A stretch of DNA of 64,000 bases from Botryllus schlosseri (Eukaryota), in NCBI GenBank assembly GCA_051294905.1, contig CM119378.1:23560001-23624000 (forward strand). The letters are read 5' to 3'. Shown here in pieces: positions 12,101 to 25,899 of the stretch. The position numbers and the translations under genes are program-made. The notes beneath the pieces are model-generated. The model made no database searches. It was not told the DNA's origin and saw nothing but the letters and a program-made list of their open reading frames with translations. Position 1 is the first letter of the stretch; every line of letters starts with the position of its first letter.

Positions 12101-15054
12101 GATATTGCCAATGATAGATACTTCGTTAGGTAAATGCTACACAATTATACATCAGCAACTGATTTTGACAGTTTGGCATTGGTTAAATCAGCGCACTGTG
12201 TTAGGTAGCATTATTGTTTTCGAATTTTTACCACGGTTAAATATTCTGTTGATCATATATCCCCCTCACTTAATATTAAATACCGCTCTTTATCTAAAGC
12301 TAAATCATTGACTCGGTTATATTTGTCCGTTGGCATATGCGACCATTCATAGTAACCCAAAATAGTGATGGGTATAGTATCCTATAATTTTACGCATACT
12401 CTCATGTATTCTGTAGCAATACAGATAGCATATGAAGGTAACATTGACGCCACTTACCAGTGAAGCGAGGTGGCGCGGAAAAAACTAAAAACGACTTTTC
12501 TCTGTCTGTATTGAAATACCAATGGTAATTTTAGATGCATTGATGTTATGTTACAGAATGAGTAGGCAAATTACTCAGGCGTTACAGAAATATCTAATAT
12601 GCTGTATTGAGCTCCTGTTTGCGAATGTACACACTTCGCCATTTACGCAAATATTTAACTTCAACACCTAAACAATTCGGTAAATATACTTTGGTTTGTA
12701 TGGTATATTAAATCAACATTGTTATATATAATATCCGCAGGAAAGATTAGAGGATATGGCAGGCCTAAGTCAATTCACCTTATTTAACTTACAGATTATA
12801 GTAAATTCAACGTATTTAACATTGTTAGTGTCTTTGTTGATAGCAATTCAGAAACACGCGCTGTCAATATTTAAGCAAATGGTTGTATATGTTTTGGAAT
12901 CACTCGCAACAATTCTTAGAATATTTTTAAATGAGAGGGGATAATTAAATTACCGTGTGAGAACATGCTGGCATTTGCACTCATGACCAAACCATACGCT
13001 TGGGTTTATAGATTTGCGTTTTTGGCCCTATACCATGGATATATGCATATGTCATGTATTGGAAACGTTATTTGGCTATGGCGAACAACCCAATTGCGTC
13101 GTAATTGCCAATCACATATAATCAACAACAAACAAACAAACAAAGAATAAAGCACATAGTATAGGATAATGGTTGGGGATGTAGGTTTACGTATTGAATA
13201 TACAGTGCATTTTCAATGTTCGCAAAATATTCCTGTATTTATAGAATATCCTTTTGTTATTATATGTGTTTGATTTACCGGAAAACAGAATAAAATTGTT
13301 GTCGGTAGACTATTGCTCAAACAAGTCACGGTTGAAACAAGAAGTAAGACAAGCTGGTTTTGTGCCACATTGGTACTTAATTCATTGATGCTTCAGTGCA
13401 AAATGGCCGAGTGTTGTTATTACAAGGTCTTAACATCGTATCTTATATGTTTCCCAGATTATCTCTCAGTGTATTTAACTGCACGCTTTGGTCCTTACGC
13501 AGAGTAAAGGGCAGAAGTTCATTTCAGTTACAACAAGTGTATCGTTAGCGTGTGATTCCTCCTATAAGTGCGTGTAGGCCATGGTTGATGTTTTTCGCAG
13601 TGCAAGTATATTCAATAACCAATACAATTGCTCCACACTTAAGGCTTCGTTTATTTGAGATTACTTTGGAGTCTGTATAACGGAATAGGTCATATTTATA
13701 CAAGACGTGTCCCGCTATTGTGAGGTTCTCGAAATGTTAGTCTAAGCCCACGTGCAGCATCTTACTAAGCGTCCTGTATTGTAGATCGTTTTCTATCCGG
13801 CAGGAGTCACGCATATCTTGGAAAGTTTCGACAATCCGTTTGAAGTGTAATACACCCGACATGCTCACTCAATTAAGTAGGTACAGTTATGGGGTGTGAA
13901 TTCACAAATACTGCAATATTTTGTAAACAAGAAGTGTCAGCGTTTCGTGTGGCAAAACATTACGGACGCGTACAGTCCCGAAGATTCAGAACAAATATTC
14001 CTTGCGAAGCTGATGTTGCTTGGTTACTTATGGTAACGAATACAGAGCAACATACAATTTTAGAGATTTTCAAGTCATGAGATCCGGATCCATACTGGTC
14101 TGGTAGAAACAACAATCATTCTCAAAAGCAATTACATTTCCGCCTATGTAACCGATATTAATAAAAAGTATTCATCTATACTACATCAATTATTCACAAT
14201 AAAATCTGTCGCCGACACATCCAATAAGTACTTTTAAGATAGCGCAAGGATTCCTGTTTACAAGGATGAGGCATATTCGCTACGTCCGAATAGAGCGAAA
14301 AAATTGATTTCGAAGTTGTATTCCATCATGCGGAGATCTATGAAGGGGCGCAAAAGACGTTTGTCAACGTAAGGCGCTTGTGTCAGTAAGAGGTGAGAAA
14401 ACTAATGCCTGAGAAAGCATTTAACGTAACCGTACATTAGCTCTACCGATAAATCTTATTTGGTGGGATGAGATATGATGAAATTTCCAATTAATATAAA
14501 AGCACTAATAATATTGACAAAATTCATTCAATGACGTGTTTGTTGGAGAAAGTTTGCCTTATGGCCTTGCTTTAAGAATAGGCGAAAACAGAGAACAACT
14601 AATCAAGTGACCCAAAGTATGGAAATATCCCAACTATACACGAACCTTCCAACGACCTTACAATCCAGGTATCGCTGTTTTGTAGATGAACTCCAGCAGC
14701 AGAGAATTTAAGTAGATTGCATTCTGGTGAAGTTGCAGCAACTCGAATTTCAGCGTTGAGAGGGTGGTTCAGAAATGACCAAATTCGAAACAATCGTTTT
14801 TTTCAATCAGTCTCAGTGTTTGAGCCCGCTAAAACGTGTTCCCAGCACTTTTATGTGACAACTCATATATTTCACCTTGCAGTATGGTGATATAACTGAA
14901 TTTACGACAAATATGGTGTCCTACTATCATCGCCAGTTTATATGCAGTATGTATATTTACCAAATGATAAAGTAAGAGTTGCTTTGTTTCATATGTTATG
15001 ATGAAATACCCTTTGATTTTTTCTGACGTTACGATGAGCATTTTATGTCGCACG

Positions 15055-15452
15055 TAAGGTTGCATTTAAAACAAAAATTGATTTAAAGCTAAGATGTTTA
15101 AAACAAGGCTGTTGTTTAAAACATGTTCTTTTTAAGCCATAACGTCACGAATATTGTGACGTCATAGTGGATTGACATTAACAATTGAAAATATAGGGTA
15201 AATATAGCCCCTTTGACGAAACCATAGCTGTTGAACCGACTATTTTGAGGGTTTGAATCATCCCCTATCGTATACATTGGCTATACCGGGTGGTAATTGT
15301 CCGTAGGCTAATACAACATGTTTTTGGGAAGTATTTACACAATTATGGCATGATATTGCAACTAAATTTTTAAAGGCCTTCGTTTAAAACACTGTTTAAA
15401 CATGTTTTAAACAAACTGTTTTATACAACCATTCATTTTAAATGAAACCCTA
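15055..15452. mobile_element. Complete hAT MITE, 398 bp
   Basis: Ends TAAGGTTGCATTTAAAA / TTTTAAATGAAACCCTA; 8-bp TSD GTCGCACG vs GTCGCGCG (7/8); subterminal TTTAAAACA repeats in inverted orientation. Confidence 0.85.
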
Positions 15453-17819
15453 GTCGCGCGTTGCATTGAGATAATCTAGTCTTTCCAATCCAGCCGCGCA
15501 AAGTCTTCCAGAGCACATAGCATTTACACATTACAATGAAGACAGAATTTGTAACCGCAAATCAACCACGCATTTCGCCTTCATAAATCCATCTTTCATA
15601 CTGTTCTAGCTCATTCGTTTTCAAAAGTGAGCAAGCCTTATCTTCGTTACACGCGCACACGCCCCGCGCCGATCCATCAAAACTACCACCAAGTTTGAAT
15701 CCTGTGTGATCACATCCGGTCCTTATCTGCACTGGTCAGGCTTGCGATTGATCATAGACAAACTCCCGAGTATCACTCGTAGATGTCCAACGCTGCAGAT
15801 GTAATCGCCGTCGCGACACGATTTGCAAGCCTTAAAGACGATTCACCGCCACGATATGACCCGTGACACATCCCCTTAGTCAATGCCCGTGTCTGATCGG
15901 AACGCCTCTTATGTATTCGTGCGGACTCACTATGCAATTACACTGAGGAAACCGTGTAGACGACTGTAATATTCGTTCTACGCCCCATTGACAGGCACTT
16001 AATCGTAATAACCGTAATTTCGTAATAATAGTCTCGGGTTACTATATTCCTAACATTAATGCCCCGTGACAATGTCAGTCGATGTAATATCTCGAAAAAA
16101 AGCGATTTTACTATGGTTGACGTTTGTTTCTCGTGTATTAGCCCACGCCTATTGGCAATAAGTTCAAGTTTAACTGCTCGAATATACCCAATATTGCACG
16201 ACCTGAAAACGACTGAATCGTCAGGAATATGGAGGTCACGACTTTCCTGCTAATGTACACCGGCCTACCCCGGAGGACATAAGCTGACTTTGCAGCCACA
16301 AGTTTGGCGTAGGTCATAGTGCCGGCATGCTTGTTTGGGTCGCGAGCCCGACGTGTGGAAGTCATGTCATAATGTTAAGGCTAGAGACTGACCAATAGCG
16401 ATATCGGATTATTATGATATGATCCTGATAAATCGAGTAACTAGCACCTTCAGTAGGGCTGTTCAAAAATAACTTTTTTTCCTGAATCTTGCGGGTTACG
16501 TGATTAAATCGTTAGGTTGCCTTAAAAAACGACGCACACCAAATTTGAATTCATTCCAACCAATATTCGCGGATTTCGTAGAGTTTGAAAATTTCGAATT
16601 TGCCTATGAATGCAAAAAAAAATATTTTTCAAATTTTTCTTCCAACCCCATAAAATTGTTGCGCTGTCTTCAATAACGATGCAAAACAAATTTGACTCAA
16701 TTCCAAGCCGTAGAAGCGGAGTTATTTGAGTTTTTCGATGATAATTCTTGGATTATCCTTGATTGGGGGATAAATTTTGGTGAGTTGACTAACAAAAAAG
16801 GTGATTTCTCCGACTTGGTTCCTAAAGGACCGTAACAGCACTTCGTCAGCCCCCCCCCGCTCCAATACGTTGGTCTTGACCCCCTCCATAGGGTGATAAA
16901 GCAAACTTCTGCACTCCTCAGATCAAATTCCCCCGATACCTCTTTACTGCTACTTTTCAGCACAAAATGTTGGACTCTTTAGTTAGTGGGTTTAATTCGC
17001 GCGAAGCGCGAAAAATTGCTATCATTCATGATTGAATCGGTCAATATGACCGGGAATTGCATATATAATGCTGTCAATTTTTTATCCTCTCTCTGCTCAT
17101 GAATTCAGATTTACCAGTAAAGCTGAGTGAGGTGTCTTGGAAAATGTAGGGCTCGCAAATAATAATTGAACATATTCGGGCGGACTTATATAATGACTTC
17201 GTTACGTAATGACATTTCGTGGCCTGTCTGCTATGTCAAAAGATATTCAAATCGCCCATACGTACTAAACTAAAAGACGCACACGATTTCAAATTGGTAT
17301 TTCTGCACTGGCAATTAATTTTTCTCTGCGAGATGGCATTTTTGTGGGGTTCTTATTGCCAGGAGAGGAACAATTGGCGCCAGCCATTTAGGCGCCTATG
17401 GACAATTAAATATATATGTATATCGTATACATATAGGAAAGTCGGTCAGCATAAAGGCAGTCCTTTTCCGCCAAGGTGTTTTCGTTCTGGCACACTTCTC
17501 GGAGTCGCATGTTACATGGCCTGAAACTTCATACGTCTTGGTGCGTCATGGTGTGACAATGGCTGACGCTGAGATGCCCATTTCTATAACTCATGCGTAT
17601 TATTTCTTGGAGGAAGAGTATCCAATAAGCAAGAAATATGTGATCACGAAATGGCGCGCAGCGTGAAATTTTTTTGAAAAAGTTGCCTAAATTTCCAAAA
17701 TAATACTCTATAATTATTGTTAATTCACGAAAAAATTGTCATCCCCCTTCGAGCTCGGGCGCCCCATTCCAATTGGGAGTTTGGGTGTGACAGTTATGGT
17801 CATGGACGCCAATATAACC

Positions 17820-17943
17820 ATTTCAACGCGCCATCGCCCCCTTCTTCTGTTTTCGCCCCCGATCGCCCCCTTGGCTATTTTCGCCACCCTGGACCGACAA
17901 ATCGCCCCCTGGGGGGCGATATCGCCCACGTTGGGAACCACTG
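17820..17943. mobile_element. Partial copy of the CAGTGGTTCCCAAC hAT MITE family
   Basis: TCGCCCCC repeats ending GTTGGGAACCACTG, homologous to 32330-32476; flank GTCTATTT. Confidence 0.85.
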
Positions 17944-18380
17944 GTCTATTTGATTTCAATTATGATATCGCTGTGCTGCGAATAACATCGATCAGCACAT
18001 AACATTAGATTGTATGGCGGCGGGAAAGATATTCGATGCCTTTTTATTTCAAAACTTGATTACTTCTGGGAGTTTTTTGGGACAAAATATCACATTGTCA
18101 AGTAATGTGCGAAATACGTTCATTCCTGTGCTTGTTCAATATATCTGTGTGAAGTTGTCAGTTTTTATTACCAAATCACAACAAAAAGCTATGGAGTTAT
18201 GGAAAATGGGAAAAAAATCTAGTGACTCAATTATCCTACCTATACAATTAACGAGATAATAAGCAAATCAATTTTGTCAATTCATAATTTTTAAAGTAGC
18301 CAACGAGCTCCTCGTGAACTTGATGCTCATGCTTAGTACGCAGCGGGGCCATGAACTTTAAATTTCCTGTAGACGTATGA

Positions 18381-18772
18381 TAGGGTTACCATATTTGGAA
18401 ATCTGGGAAGAGGACACTTTTTCAAATTTTACAGACTTACAATACTGGAGGAAAATGAAAAAAATGGTAAATTTTTCGCGATTTTGAAATAAGTTGGCCC
18501 AAAAAATAGGTCATTTTTTTTGACTCAGCTCCTGAAATTCACACTTTCGTTGAATTCTTCTTTGATTGATCAAAGAAAAGGTCAATTTTCTGCCTCAGGT
18601 ACCGATATAGTTGTTGAAGTGATACTTCAGTGATGATTTACTGTATCTCAGTCGAACTTTACCTTATATTTAACCAAAGCCAAATATGACATTTGGGCGT
18701 CCTCTGAGAACACTTTCTAAATAGTCAAAACAGACGACAAATCGTCCTAAAAGAGGGCGTATGGTAACCCTA
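18381..18772. mobile_element. Complete hAT MITE, 392 bp
   Basis: 13-bp perfect TIR TAGGGTTACCATA / TATGGTAACCCTA; 8-bp TSD ACGTATGA vs AAGTATGA (7/8). Confidence 0.9.
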
Positions 18773-19532
18773 AAGTATGAGAATATCTTGCGTTACATCG
18801 TTTTTACGGAGACTAGCTTGTCGATTGCGAGTCCTCGAAAATTCTGCCACTCGGTCACAACAAACGGAAGTGGGCCACTCTTGTAGCATATAACTACTAT
18901 ACAATGTATTCTTGTAAAACATCGGATGCTGTATCAGTAATTTGGTGCTAATTTCGTCGTGTTTCCATGGTGACTCTGGTAAGAGTGAATGTCATGACTG
19001 CCCCACAGACGTGTATGTCTGACATTTTCCTCTTTTGCTGTCAAAGTAAACTATGAACATATAACGGGTTGATTGCTCCACGGAATTCGCCCGAAATTTG
19101 AATGGATTTGTTTCACCGCGTGTGCACGACTGGTAAATTTTGGCCGGACGACGTTTGAACGTTTGTAATCGACTTTGTACCATGATATAAAAATCTACGC
19201 GTTTTATTGTATTGACGCATGGGTACGGGACTCTATTTTTCTTACTCTAGCCCAAATCAACACTATCGCAATCCAAGGTTTACCGGTATATCTATTTATG
19301 ACCGTCCACTATAAGCATATTAAACGCCGCAAAACTTAAAATTTAGAATGTGAGCAATGTTTAAAGATTGCAGCCAGGTGTTTTAGCACCTTTTGGGGAT
19401 AATTTTATCGAGCGCATTCCACGTGTCTCCCATTTCTTTAATGATATCTGTTTACGCGCTAGACGGATTACTCACTCAATCTTCTAGTAATAACTTTGTT
19501 ACTATCAGTAAAAACCTGTTACCGACTCGTCT

Positions 19533-20669
19533 TTATTGATCTATAATAGCAATTACTTCTGAGCGGAGATCCTCACCCACGTCATCCATCAAAGCACAGT
19601 TGTTGTAATGCTCTGCCAATATTAAGACACCGATTTTGATTTTGTCTGAAGTAACTGAAGTATAATTCGACATTAGAAGCAAGGTATAATGTACGACCAC
19701 AGTGTCGGCATTTCTGTTTATTCAAATACTCATGCCCTTATCTTTGTATGTGGATTTATAACCTTGATAGAAGATATGATTTTACTACCATTGATAACAA
19801 AAACACTGCAGCCTGCGAACTGCGGATCTTTGCCCCTCCGGGAGAAATTCATATAGCCTGCAAGTGAAGTATACCTTTATAATTCTAGCAACCTCTATTA
19901 GTGTTACTGCCTTGCTGGGCCTTCTACAGTGATCTACCAGTGCAGTACCAATGACCTGTAATAAAATTTTGTGAACACCTGTGTTATTCTATTATGAGGA
20001 GCCTATGGTTAATTCTCAAACACTTTCGAAGGAACTGTGCAGTCGACATTACACCAATAAGCTTACTTGTTATTGATCGTACGTTGGAAAGTTGCCACGA
20101 CTTCCAAATTTCGCCAAGGAATTGCCTGGCTCGTGACATTTAGAGAGTTAACCGTGCTGGAAAATTGGTTGAAGCTTTTATCCTGCACCGATGACTGTAA
20201 TGTTGTTTGGTAAATCCGCTTCTCCCCTCCATCAGTTTGTCTTATCTGTTAGTTACGCGCATCAAGGAGATCCTATGCTTGGACACGTTGGAATAGAGTT
20301 GAAGACGAATTCCTCACTAATTCACCGTCTCATCAAACGACAAACCTTTTGTGCACGTCCAAGGTGGCGTTTCGTACGCCTAAAATCATGTGTCTCAGAG
20401 ATGAGGTTGCATATCCATTTCATTGTCAGTAATGCTTACTGGATTAAGCGGTTGACAAAGTCATTTTCACGCATACATGCTCTGCATCGAAATAACATGC
20501 GTGATACACCTCGTTCTAAATATGAAATCATACACAAACTTGCACCTATATTTCAATTCCCCAATTTCACAACAATCGCCTGACACGGTGGATGTGGAGC
20601 CGTTTATGGCCAATGACCATAGACCAGTGTTTCGTAATCTTAACTAACCCGGGGAGCCCGTACGCTCAT
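19533..20669 (-). CDS. Candidate small multi-exon gene (20669-20649, 20379-20326, 20245-20067, then unresolved exons down to 19533)
   Basis: The first three exons have canonical splice sites and compatible phases, reading MSVRAPR-AYETPPWTCTKGLSFDET-IRQTDGGEKRIYQ...FQRTINN. Further acceptors at 19956, 19858 and 19646 cannot be joined into one long frame. No family recognised. Confidence 0.35.
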
Positions 20670-21353
20670 CTGAAAGCCTCGACGAACCACAAATTTCGGT
20701 GGATCCGAAAAACAAATATCGACCAAATACCACATACAACACATTTTCATACAATCTTTGTTCACAATGTGACCTGTGCATCAGCAACGATGTTAATAAA
20801 AAGGTACTTTAAATAAGATTTTTAAAAAAATCCTACAATGAGTATTTAATACAAATCACCGTGAAATTTGCTGTATGAGTCGGCTGTGTGTCTAAACCTT
20901 CGACGAATCCCTGAGACTGGCCCGGTAAACTTACTACAAGTATAAGGGCATTTGCATTACATCAACATGATTGGGTTTTAGAAGGATTTAACCAAAACGA
21001 GCAATATCTGCACATGAGAGTGATTTGGAACTTTCAGTGTAAGGTTTCTCGAGTCCAGAACTGAAATCTTTTGGTGAAATGCCGAATTATGAGTTTTGAA
21101 ACCGTCGGAATGGCACTTTCAAATGTGTTATCATTATGCAGCGAGTTGGGCATATACCAAATGAAGGCTAATATCGCGGCCGATACTATATATGTATCAA
21201 AAAATCAAAAATGTTGGAAATTCAATGCTCCGTGTTCTTAATCTCAAGAAATCGACAACGCAAAGGGCAATACGTGACATATTTACCCTTGCGCAGGACG
21301 AGTTTAACTGAATGAGAATGCTGAGAAACTGCTTCCTGCATCACAATCTATAT

Positions 21354-21834
21354 CAGTGGTTCCCAACGTGGACGATATCGCCCCCCAGGGGACGATTTGG
21401 CGGTCTAGGGGGCGAAAATGACGAAGGGGGCGACAGGGGGCGAAGATGGACAAAGGGGGAGACGGGGGGCGACAATAGCGAAGGGGGCGATAGGGGGCGA
21501 TGACGCGTTAAAACGGCTGACCTTTTTTTTAGTCAATCCACGGAAATTTAGTTCCAAAAGTATGTCAAATTAGACATACTTTTTTTTTAGTCAACCCGCC
21601 GGTGATTACAGTTTGTATGCCCAATTTTTGGTACACAAAATTTGGGGGGCGATGATCGGTGTTGACCTTGAAAAGGGGGCGATGGGTCGAAAAAGGTTGG
21701 AACCACCGATCTACTGGACTGATCTGAAATTCCGTGTTACGTTTTGTTTTTTGGGTTATACCAAATTTCAATGAATGTGCACAATTAGGCAATAATTCTA
21801 TTTAATTTCAGTGGCATGTACCAGTGCCATATTG
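21354..21834 (+). mobile_element. hAT MITE plus 126-bp extension (copy A)
   Basis: Outer TIR CAGTGGTTCCCAAC at 21354; internal decayed TIR ending GGAACCACCG at 21708; GGGGCGA repeats; whole unit is an inverted near-copy of 31977-32476. Flanks ATCTATAT / CCTAATAT match only partly. Confidence 0.9.
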
Positions 21835-21884
21835 CCTAATATAAAATATTTTGGGCGAAATGGTTCTCTGTTCCTTCTATATTG

Positions 21885-21971
21885 ATATCGGCCTATGATA
21901 TCAGTTATCGGCCTTGTTAGTGTGTCGGTAATCGGTATCGGCCTGCAAAAATCAATATCGGTCTACCTCTA
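21885..21971. mobile_element. Right end of a MITE with TATCGG repeats
   Basis: Repeated ATATCGGCC/TATCGG motifs ending ATATCGGTCTACCTCTA (TIR-like TAGAGGTAGACCGATAT). No left end found. Confidence 0.55.
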
Positions 21972-23522
21972 CTCTGAACCGGGCAGAAAACCATTTATGG
22001 AAAATATCGACGCAATTGCGCTGAAGTAAGAGCACCTATGAAGACCAGTATTAGGATTTATTTTCCAAAAGAAAACGCAAGATTGGTTTTTCTCAACTTT
22101 TTAATCGGATATAGTATACACTTAATACGTGGAAATAACATAATTAACTCTTGACAATGAAGACCAGCTATAGTTGAACCGGCCTTGAACCTTAAAGCGA
22201 CTGAACAGAACGCTATTCGCGACCGGCTTAAATTTTCCTATGTAATGTTGCCGACACAGTAGGAAATCACGTAGCCTTTGAAAAGGGCCTATTAAAAACT
22301 GTCGTTCTCACGAACCCTTGATCTTAACACCCAACATTTTACTATTGAATTCCAGGCGGAGTCGGCGAAACCCGGTATCGGTGTCGTCACGCGGAATAAA
22401 TTTCCAATCACGAGTTTGAGCGGGAATTTTTCATGATGCTACCGGCGATAAATTGCCGACCGCCGTCATTTTGTTGCCGAATGTTACAGGACGAAAATTT
22501 AATCTCGTTTGCGCGATATGTGCACCTTTATACATTGTGGAATCCTCTTGTGGGCTGTTTGATGTTTCGTGATTCAGTCATGTAATATGTTTGTTACAAA
22601 AGTATTTATCGTCATAAAATATACGTCACCGATGCCGTAATGTACATAAAGACGCGGCGAGCGAGCTGACAACTTCGGGATTACCCAATAACGTAATAAA
22701 GTGTAATCCATTGGTTTCTTTAAACAACCCTCTTGAACAGATGTGTTTGCGCGCGTTGGTAATTGCGGTGTAGCCGGCATATTTGGGGGATCGGTTAAAA
22801 TAGGTTAGACATCAACATTTTGGCGAACGAGTCCGAGTCTGCAATGCGCTCCTCACATATTTCAGACACATTACTCGTTATTCATTATTAATGGTGCTTA
22901 GTAATGAACCGTGGATGTATATATAAGTTGTCAGCGAGCATCCAAATTAAATGCCTAACGAATTGTCTCCGTCACTGCAATAACATTTCAAGTTGGATTA
23001 TCACCTAAAAATCAACTATAAACCTACTTCATAATTTCTAAATATTATTACTAATAATATTAATTGTACAAATTTTATTTATCTTTTATGTGTCAAGGAG
23101 AGGGGAATGAAAAATGGCTGATTTTCAACGGTAATTCACATGCCAATATGCAAGATAGTACTTACGTTTTTGAAGTACTCCGCAGCGTTATAGTTGAACT
23201 ACTATTTCATCTCTACTGCGATTGGGATTGAGATACTGCGTCCTGGAATATCGCGTGAGGTGTTCGTTACGTATTATACTCATCGTATTCAATAAATGAT
23301 TTCACAACTCATTGTGCTTGTAAAGGAAAACCAATTATATGTTTATGATAACGTATTCCTTGGCTTCTTTGAGATGAAGAAAGACTGCATAAATTAGCAA
23401 CAACTTGTAAATCGAGATCAATTTGCATTATTTTATGTTTCAAGATCATGGATTTGTCTATTTCCGAAACTGCCGGCATGCGAATATTCTGCATTTGGGG
23501 AATTCAAGATAGTTTTTAGGGT

Positions 23523-23797
23523 TTGTTTGTTTTTGTTTCTTTTAGGGTATTCATGGTGTTTGTCGACTACTATGTTCATTTACACCAGGCCGATATTCTT
23601 CTTATTTTCCGTAACTGCTGACTTATAGCACGGCCCACCTCTAGGCTTTTGTAAGACACCGCTGAGGTGGCGAGGAGGAGCCTAGGTAAACCTCCAACAC
23701 TTAGGCATTGGAATTCGGAAGACGACCTTGGTTGGACTCGAACCCGCACCCATTGGTGTTGCAGCCGCGGATTATACCACCGCGCCATCTCGCCACA
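23523..23797 (-). mobile_element. Full-length tRNA-derived SINE (family 1)
   Basis: Head GGCGAGATGGCGCGGTGG (A box) ... GGGTTCGAGTCC (B box); CAAA-rich tail; 12-bp TSD AGTTTTTAGGGT (23511-23522 and 23798-23809). Three further 3' fragments occur in the window. Confidence 0.88.
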
Positions 23798-25719
23798 AGT
23801 TTTTAGGGTGTTTCGCGTCTTATTCGTAGACATATTCACCACCGCATTTTCCCAAGATTAAGATCTACAACCATTATAATTTCATTGCTTTATGTTGAAC
23901 AACCAGTTCCCGCTTCTCGTTCACATAAATCTAATGCGACAGTACAGTACGGCAGTCCTCAAGTGAGCAAAATATATTGAGTGGTGTATCTATAATGTAT
24001 ATTGTGCACAACCCATATTTATATTTCCAATGGACAAAATGTTTGCATTATTTCCCAAATCGTGAGTCACATATATAGGCTATATTACATGCATAGGTCT
24101 ACTGTAAAGTCTCATCCGACATCGCTGTGCATGGGGCTTCAACATGGCCACAAACCCGTAGGCACAAGACGTGATTGTAACATTTTCTAGGGATAAACCT
24201 TAGAGCCAAAGGGGTTCAACCCGCGAAATTCTCAAATAAGAAGCCTCAATCAAATCTCGAACACGCGCAAAAGATTCTAAAAGAGATACACCAGGTCACG
24301 TCCGCTGTAATCCGCATTTAACTCCCACAAATTTGAACACTGATACGCTAATATTTGTGTTGTTGTAAGATATTACCAATCGCATCGGGTTCTGTAGTCT
24401 ACACTTTATCTAAGAACGAAGAGGAATGTGGATACCTTTGCTTGGATAAACAATAACTAAAGCTACTTGGATTTATTTATCACGACTGGCTGTTTGTTTA
24501 TATAGGGATGTCACAAAAAGTCGCGTCCGTCACTACCTACGTATATCATCTCGAAATGAAGCAACTCCGTATTGACCAACACACGTACGCTGTATTTCTG
24601 TCAGCTGCGCGTCAGAATCGCTATTATCGGATTTAATTGACGACGGACGGCTTATTTTGCTTCACAGATCTTCAATACCTTACAATCACGTCAATAATAT
24701 AAATCTTGTGTCACTTGATTCGTCTTATAGGGTGTTAAAATGATCCAAACATTGGGTTTTGTATTGTGGCTTTGCAGGGTTAGTGCATCAACTGAAAATT
24801 TGTACCTTGGAAACATGCTCACACTGAATTTGATTTTAGTAATATACTGCAACCATAAAATAAATTGAAGTTGCATTATCTTCAAACGAAATAACCAATA
24901 TTATGTAACATGTACAAGAAGTTGTGAGTCGCAGCAATATTGGTTTTGAAACCGAATCATTCTTAAAAGTATGACCAATTTCATTTTGGTACTTTCAAAT
25001 TCAATGGCAATAATAGTTTATGATTTTTGCCAGAAATCTTCAAAGTGGGGCTGGTGGTATTGGAATATACACTGACTTTGGTGAAGGATGTGAAGGGGCA
25101 TTTTTCCAGAATTGGTAAGATTAAAATACGTATATACCACGAAATATATCACTCTGAAAAAAACCTTATATAATGTGATTGCATTGTGTCTAAGGCGAAT
25201 GCGCATTTTGCATTCTAAAATTGCGTAGGCCTACATAAAGCATTTAGTCGCATTTTTCATGACAGCTAATTATAGTTGCAATAGTGGAAGCATATTGCTA
25301 ACCTCGGTGTATTTCTCGCTAAGTATTACAACATTCTCGAGATTTGTTAATTTAGGTCAAGAGTAACTAAGCAAGTAGTATATTCCGTGTATTTACGTCC
25401 ACTTCAAATCTAATTCGTTCCCTGGTTAAGAACCTTTGCCTTAGCCCCTCATTATGTGATCATTGTGCACGAGGCAAGAATATTCATGCTTAAAATTTCA
25501 GCGGTAAATAATCCTTACATTGTTCCGGACGACAACTGACTACGCTACAAGATACACTGCATTTCTTTGAACATCCATCCTGCTTTAGATCCTAGCGTCA
25601 CATCCAGGCACTATGGTCCTTTTTCACAATTTCTATTGTACAATCTTCAAAATAAAGTCCACGTCGTGATAACAAAATATAGTGTTGATTTGATTTGATG
25701 GAAAGCCGCATCAACAGCA

Positions 25720-25835
25720 ACCGGACTGGAAACTATGTATCCGGCCGGATATATTTTGTTCATTTTTGGTTGGATCCGGATCGGAGAAGGATTCCGATGC
25801 AACCGAAGTCGGATTGGAGCCGGATTCTTACTCTA
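25720..25835. repeat. Fragment of a CCGGAT-rich interspersed repeat
   Basis: Shares AACCGAAGTCGGATTG and ATCCGGCCGGAT...TTCATTTTT blocks, in inverted orientation, with 61810-61920. Confidence 0.55.
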
Positions 25836-25899
25836 ACTATGTCTTCAAAATCGCAATTAAGGCTATTGAAGATCGTGAGTGATGTAACCAAGAATGTGG

